Part shown: in pieces, positions 58,501 to 64,000 of the stretch
Layout of the letters: every line of letters begins with the position of its first letter
How positions within the stretch are numbered: position 1 is the stretch's first letter
Origin: Octopus vulgaris
Lineage: Eukaryota
Length of the DNA: 64,000 nucleotides
Reading direction: 5' to 3'
Assembly (NCBI GenBank): GCA_951406725.2
Contig: OX597814.1
Coordinates: 134,416,001 to 134,480,000 of the forward strand
Program-made: the position numbers and the translations under genes
The notes under the pieces: generated by a model
What the model was told of the DNA's origin: nothing
Database searches by the model: none
The model's input: only the letters and a program-made list of their open reading frames with translations

Positions 58501-60200
58501 TTTTTTGTCAGAATTACAAATTTTGAAAATACAATAGGAACAAATTTCGGAAAAAAATCTCCCAAAATTCACGGAATTAAAATTACACTTTGATCGTTGT
58601 ACAAAACTGTAGATGAACTGTTTACGAAGTATAATCACGTGTTTTCACGAATGTACTAAAGAGATTTGCTCTGATATTCTCATTTAAATATGAATAGGTA
58701 AATACGGGCGGTTTTGGGCGGCTTGGTCACATGAACCGAAATTTTTTCTGGCGGCTTTGGGCGGTTTGGTAACGAAAGGGCTAATACAGCGAGAGTGTCT
58801 TGTCCTCATCATCATTTAATGTCTAAGCTTTCAACTCCACACTATCCATTCATTGGCCAATGACTTTATGGCATGTACCAAGTGTATTTTATCATGGCAC
58901 AAGCACTAAAGACTGAGCAAAAGAGATCAAGAGTACTTTGTCACTCACAAAGTTAAAAGATTCGGCAATCGTTTTGTCTCAGAAATGCTATTCACGATTT
59001 GTCATCCATTCGTTACTTTCCATGAAAAGTTTTTATTTATTTACTTCTGACATGTCCAAGTGGAAGAGGAAGCTAATGGGTGTACGTGTGCGCTGTTTTA
59101 TGAATTTGTATTCCCTATAAGTAGGTAAGAACGAATCCTAGCCACATACATACACAAAAATGCATATAACTTGCACATTACAAAATACGATAGTTTTTGT
59201 TATCCTGCGTGTGTAAGTAGGCAGCATTAATGAAGATGTTACATGTTAATTTAATGTTAAACTTATCTTTCTTAATGCATATCGAATTATACATAAATAT
59301 ATACAAGATTTACACAGATACGAGTCAGAACTTGTGATCTGCCTGCCTCTTTGACATGTGCTTTCTGATTAGATAAAAATTTTTCATGGAAAGTAACAAA
59401 GATAATGGCATTTCTGAGACTCAAAAAATTGATTTCCAAGGAAACTCACTTCTTTACATTGCATTATACTTTATGCACAAGTCTCAAATACACTGTCCTT
59501 TACTCAGAGAGATACCCTTCATTACCAATAAAATTGATAATTCTTTGAGCTTTCCACACTGGTGAATATAACGTAAATATCCAATAGATAAAATATAAAT
59601 TAGCCTAAAAAAAATGACACTATTTGTATGAAGCTAATGAATGGAAACATTAACAGTTAACCCGCATCAGTCAAAAGTTATGATCACAGTCATTCTTAAA
59701 GAGTGACTAACATAATACATGCAACATCATGTACAGGTTTGTAACTGTAAAGAAAACCCCAAAACTCACACAAATTTCTCACTTTGGTTTATTATACTTT
59801 CAGAAAACCCACCTCACTGCTAACAAGGCTAAGAAACAAATACAGCTTTATAAAGGTCAGCTAGGGAAAGGTCTCTGCAAAGTTAACTTGATGGCATGAC
59901 AAAAGACCATCAAGATGAACCAAAGTCCTTTCAACATTACTGGAAATACTATTGAATACATCTATAAAAACAATACGGAGTTACTAACAAATAGTGATAA
60001 AAAAACAGTGAAGCTGTCGACTAATAAAATTTTGGGGGATAATGCAGTTTCACACCTATCCTTGAGAAACTGATATTAAACTATGTATACCAGTATTCAC
60101 TACATATGATGCCTATATAAAACAATGTAATATACTCACATTTTGCATCTTTCCTTCTCGCAGTCAACAAAAATTCCTTTATTTCTGATATTTGTCGTGG
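52555..60200 (-). CDS. RPL38: 60S ribosomal protein L38 (eL38); complement(join(52555-52577,57167-57289,60140-60200)) plus an unlocated ATG exon
   Basis: Spliced translation [68 protein letters not shown]; canonical GT-AG; exons of 61, 123 and 23 nt; absent from the ORF track. Confidence 0.96.
54195..54276 (-). ncRNA. Box C/D snoRNA, SNORD60/snR48-type 28S guide, copy 1
   Basis: Sense to RPL38. Box C GTGATGA, guide TGACACCTCTTG before a D'-like TTGA, box D CTGA, short terminal stem. The guide is complementary to the conserved LSU segment CAAGAGGUGUCA(GAAAAGUUACC). Confidence 0.8.
54707..54881 (-). repeat. 175-nt duplicated structured block, copy 1
   Basis: Differs from 55406-55580 at 2 positions; on the minus strand contains GTAAGT, a GCAGGCTTA/TGAGCCTGC hairpin and TTTTTTTCTCAG. 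Confidence 0.85.
54905..54986 (-). ncRNA. Box C/D snoRNA, SNORD60/snR48-type, copy 2
   Basis: Box C ATGATGA, identical guide, CTGA; similarity to the other copies drops just outside the terminal stem. Confidence 0.8.
55406..55580 (-). repeat. 175-nt duplicated structured block, copy 2
   Basis: Near-identical to 54707-54881. Confidence 0.85.
55600..55681 (-). ncRNA. Box C/D snoRNA, SNORD60/snR48-type, copy 3
   Basis: Box C GTGATGA, identical guide, CTGA. Confidence 0.8.
56616..56696 (-). ncRNA. Box C/D snoRNA, SNORD45-type 18S guide, copy 1
   Basis: Terminal stem AACCTGTA/TATGGGTT, box C ATGATGT, guide TGCATGTATTA complementary to 18S UAAUACAUGC, internal stem GTCA/TGAC, C' GTGATCA, box D CTGA. 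Confidence 0.8.
57167..57289 (-). CDS. RPL38: RPL38 exon ([24 protein letters not shown]...SLPP)
   Basis: Minus strand ttccag| ... CCAG|gtttgt. Confidence 0.97.
57559..58780 (-). mobile_element. piggyBac-type element, internally deleted
   Basis: TIR CCCTTTCGTTAC/GTAACGAAAGGG, TTAA/CTAA flanks; ORF 57940-58197 (AETNRY...[22 protein letters not shown]) resembles a piggyBac transposase; internal duplication of about 130 bp. Confidence 0.85.
59659..59739 (-). ncRNA. Box C/D snoRNA, SNORD45-type, copy 2
   Basis: Same boxes and guide; terminal stem AACCTGTA/TGCGGGTT (pairing-preserving changes); differences are concentrated in the internal loop. Confidence 0.8.
60140..60200 (-). CDS. RPL38: RPL38 exon ([20 protein letters not shown])
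   Basis: Minus strand ttacag|CCACGA ... AAAT|gtgagt. Confidence 0.96.
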
Positions 60201-61955
60201 CTGTAACATAAAATCAGATAGAAGTTGATGAAAATTTCACTAAAATGACATTTTAAAATTACAATGATTCATAAGGTGTTTCATATCTCTTCAGAAAACA
60301 AATTTACCTTCCCCAGCATATTATACAGTAAAAGGAATTAATTTGGATCCTTTCAAATATTTACAAGTGTCCATTCAGTTTTGCATGCATATCTGATTTT
60401 TACTAACTACTTCCAAAAACTTTTCTTTTTCTCTTGAGGCAGCCAATTTAACAATAAGCTTTTTAAACAATTTTGAAAACAAATGACAATAATGCAACTA
60501 ATAATTTCCAAATGACATTTTTCATATACTAATATGGAGGGCTTTCGGCCTATGTATTATCAACAGGCTCCTCTTATATTCTGGAACATTAGAAAATTAA
60601 GCACAAGGAAAACGATAATCTGTAACTATAAAAGGGTTTGTGTGTGTGTGTGCGTGCGAGTGTATGTTCCTTATGCATTCCAAAACAGAGCTGCTGATTT
60701 TGATGTAAGGGGTATTCAAAAGATTCAGTAAGCTTTTGGCTACGAACTAAACTATTTTCATTCACATATTTGCATTACAAAAATTTAACAGTATCATTTT
60801 TCTTTTAGTCACGACATTTTACATCACCACCATAATGACAATTTCTATACAAGTGTTTGCACGTTTGTTACCGACGTTAGGCCAATGACTAACAAGTATG
60901 TGTGTGTGATGGTGTGTTTGTCAGTATACATTTTCCTGACCACACAGAGGAACGGAGATAGGCTTCAGGTGTGTGTGTACGCGTGTGTGCCCCCAACAGT
61001 GAAATGCACCGATATTGAAAGTTTACTTGCAGCCTGGACTTCAAAGAATGTTCACTTTCAAGTACTACCAACATGAAGATATGGCTGATTTAACACCACT
61101 CACAATACTCGCAAATATATTCTGGTTAGTATAACAAATTCGGAAACTTGGCAAAGCAGAAAGCCTCAGCAGCTCTTTCAATATAATTACAGAAATTTTA
61201 TTCCACTCCTAACCAGTTTCAAGATATGACTTCTATTCCTACCAACTGATGTTAAGACTATTATAGCACAGGGTTTGAAATTTCGAGAGAGGGGACCAGT
61301 CGATTTACCAATCCCGAAAGGATGAAAGGCGAAATTGATCGTGGCAGCATTTGAACTCAGAACATAAAGACAGGCGAAATACTGCTTAAGCATTTTACAC
61401 TGACATGCAAACGATTCTGTCAGCTCACCAGCTTCCAGAACAATTAAATCAATTACACATGTCAAACTTTATTTTCATTTACATATTTTCTACATTATCC
61501 CAATAACCAACTATAGTTATTTCAAATACACTTCTCTACAACGACCAGGTGTCATTACAAAATAAAAATAGTTTCAATTTTAATTTGAACCAAAATTACA
61601 ATGTGTTGCATTACAAGAGTGACGATGTGTGAATAATGAAAGTAATGTTTCTCCGAAATAGTCATACGTATATTGAATGGAACTGGATGGTCACACCCCC
61701 ACCCCAACTGATCTTTCCGATTTTTTCCCCCACACCAGATTCCTACGTTTTCAATGATAGATTCCGAAGAAAGAAAAAAAAAACGGCTTCAAAATTTTTT
61801 TAGATCTACATGGAAAAATACGTATTCTCTTGCTTCTTTTCAATATTCAATGAAAAGAGGGAATCTGTTGTTACCATCAACATTAAAACTTTAGTAACTT
61901 GATCGATCTATCATTGAATCAGGATTTTATTTTAATTTCATTCGATACAAACTTT

Positions 61956-62649
61956 GGTTAATATAGGGCGTAACAAATATCAGAAAATCAAAAAAAAAGT
62001 GTGTAATAGGTGTAAAACAACTTCCTATGAACGAATATGAAAAAAAAAATTCGCGCACGCGAAAGGGGGGTGGGGGAGAGGCCTCGGAAAATTCACATCG
62101 GGAAGTTCCGAAAGCGTCTGAGGAGCTGACCCGGGCACCAAAACAAAAAAAAATAGTGTAATATGTGTAAAACAACTTGCTCTAAACGAATATGACAAAA
62201 AAAAATGCGCTCTCGCGAAAGAGGGGTGGGGGAGAGGCCTCGGAATATTTATATCGGGAATTTCCGAAAGCGTCTGAACCGGGCACAAAAACAAAAACAA
62301 AAACCGTAATAGGTGTAAAACAACTTGCTCTAAACGACTATCATGAAAAAAATGCGCGCTCGCGAAAGGGGGGTGGGGGAGAGGCTTCGAGAGAGCGCAT
62401 TTCTTTTTGTCATATTCGTTTAGAGCAAGTTGTTTTACACATATTACACTATTTTTTTTTTGTTTTGGTGCCCGGGTCAGCTCCTCAGACGCTTTCGGAA
62501 CTTCCCGATGTGAATTTTCCGAGGCCTCTCCCCACCCCCTTTCGCGTGCGCGAATTTTTTTTTTCATATTCGTTCATAGGAAGTTGTTTTACACCTATTA
62601 CACACATTTTTTTTTGATTTTCTGATATTTGTTACGCCCTATATTAACC
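61956..62649. mobile_element. Non-autonomous foldback-type DNA transposon with about 260-bp TIRs built from tandem modules
   Basis: Termini GGTTAATATAGGGCG...CGCCCTATATTAACC; exact 8-bp TSD CAAACTTT at 61948-61955 and 62650-62657. Confidence 0.88.
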
Positions 62650-63284
62650 CAAACTTTTGCTATCATTTATATGGAGAATCGCAATCGTGGCATATAAAGA
62701 CAACTTATTTTAATAGAAAGTTTATGAGTAGATTTCTATAAATGTTTTTCTTGCACATCCACCATTCCTACCCATACGGAAACAGACTAAACATCGTTTA
62801 AAATTTGTCCTCCCCATATTTTTCCACATAGATTGAAAAAAAATTTGGGGTGGGGGGTAATTAATTTTGAAGGCAGTTTTTCTCCGTCATCGAAAACATA
62901 GGAATCTGGTGAAAACTAAAGGGGGGGACTGTCCTCCAGTACCACCAAAATAACCTCGACAACTAGGTTGAGTCGCACAATTTTGAGATCATTTTCAGAC
63001 AATATTTTGATTTGCTTCTAGTGTACCACTTTTGTCCGATGTTTCACACGTGTAAAATTCTACTCAGGCAAACAATTATGAAAATGTACACATAAATATG
63101 TACTAAAATAAGCCACAACCAAAATAATTGCATTAAAAGACATCCATTTTTTTATAGGTTATGAGGAAATACATCCTCACTCACTCTCTCACACACAAAA
63201 AAGATGTATGCATATGTATACAAAGATCAAGAATACGCACTCTCGGTGTTTAAGGTTACGCCAAAAACGGGTCGTGTGTGTATT

Positions 63285-63625
63285 CTTTACCTCCGCCTAT
63301 TTACGTTTCGGGTTGAGGTTATGGCGACAGAAAAAAGTGAAAAATAAAATTGGAGGGGAGACAAAAAAATTTGAAGAAACAATAATTTGCGGGAAATGGG
63401 GGGAGGAAGTCTTTCCATCAAATGCTAATGCTGTCAAGGGCCCTTCGAAAAAATTTCAAGTTTTTGAGGGGTTTTTTTTTTTCTCTCCGGTACTTGTCAA
63501 TTGTCGTGGTCCCGGTTTTGCACACGCGAATTCGCGCGCGCGCGCGCCAGACGTAGGTACTCGATACTCGAGATCCTACGAGGTGACTTGCGCATGCGCA
63601 GTGCAGAATTCGCGCGTGCGCGTTA
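63285..63625 (-). promoter_or_regulatory. Probable RPL38 promoter and non-coding first exon (TCT/5'TOP start about 63337)
   Basis: CpG-rich patch. Minus strand CTTTTTTCTGTCGCCAT (oligopyrimidine plus YY1-like GCCAT), followed by donors gtaaat (63304) or gtaaag (63290). Perfect NRF1-type palindrome TGCGCATGCGCA at 63589-63600; GGAAGT ETS-like site at about 63406. Confidence 0.55.
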
Positions 63626-64000
63626 AACCCCCCCCCTAAAAAAAAAGGTGTTGGATTTCACTAAAAATATATATGTGTGTGTGTGTGTGTATATATATAC
63701 ATTTTCAATTTTACACAAAAAAATTACATAGTCGCTTTCCTCGCGGATTTACAGAGAAATGAATTAATTACTATTTTACAGAATAAAATTAATGAATTAA
63801 TTATATAAATTAAATAATTCTTGAAAATTAATTAATATTAATAATATTTTTTGAACAAAGTAAATAATTTATAAAACTTGGTTAATAATTTTTTTACACA
63901 AACGCGAACGTATATAATTTGTGAAACTTTTTTTTTTTACAGACGTATATAATTTGGTAAACTTAATGAATTAATTTCTTCTCATCATCATCATCGTTTA

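Noticed and set aside
62025-62625. Mirror ORFs on both strands
   Set aside because: Product of the foldback element's inverted arms; no protein motif
63208-63639. 143-aa ORF over the CpG-rich region
   Set aside because: No recognisable protein; better explained as promoter sequence

Overview
AT-rich, repeat-dense animal genomic DNA. The repeat families (Nin-/CORE-type tRNA SINEs, RTE 3' ends with (ATG)n tails, long (ATT)n tracts) point to a coleoid cephalopod, probably Octopus; this is inference. Three spliced genes were reconstructed by hand with GT-AG, phase-consistent exons: AGXT2 (+, 13 coding exons 5532-28286, first exon not found), NUDCD1 (+, 9 exons 36228-51941, complete, 604 aa) and RPL38 (-, coding exons 60140-60200, 57167-57289 and 52555-52577; ATG exon unresolved; probable TCT/TOP promoter near 63300-63600). 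Almost all other supplied ORFs are spurious or transposon-derived. The most interesting region is the RPL38 introns. They carry five sense-strand box C/D snoRNA candidates: three copies of a SNORD60/snR48-type 28S guide and two copies of a SNORD45-type 18S guide. Four of the five lie in a single intron, interleaved with a duplicated 175-nt structured block that contains splice signals. Other observations are a foldback-type transposon with an 8-bp TSD, decayed hammerhead-ribozyme motifs, and inverted RTE copies flanking in-frame exons.
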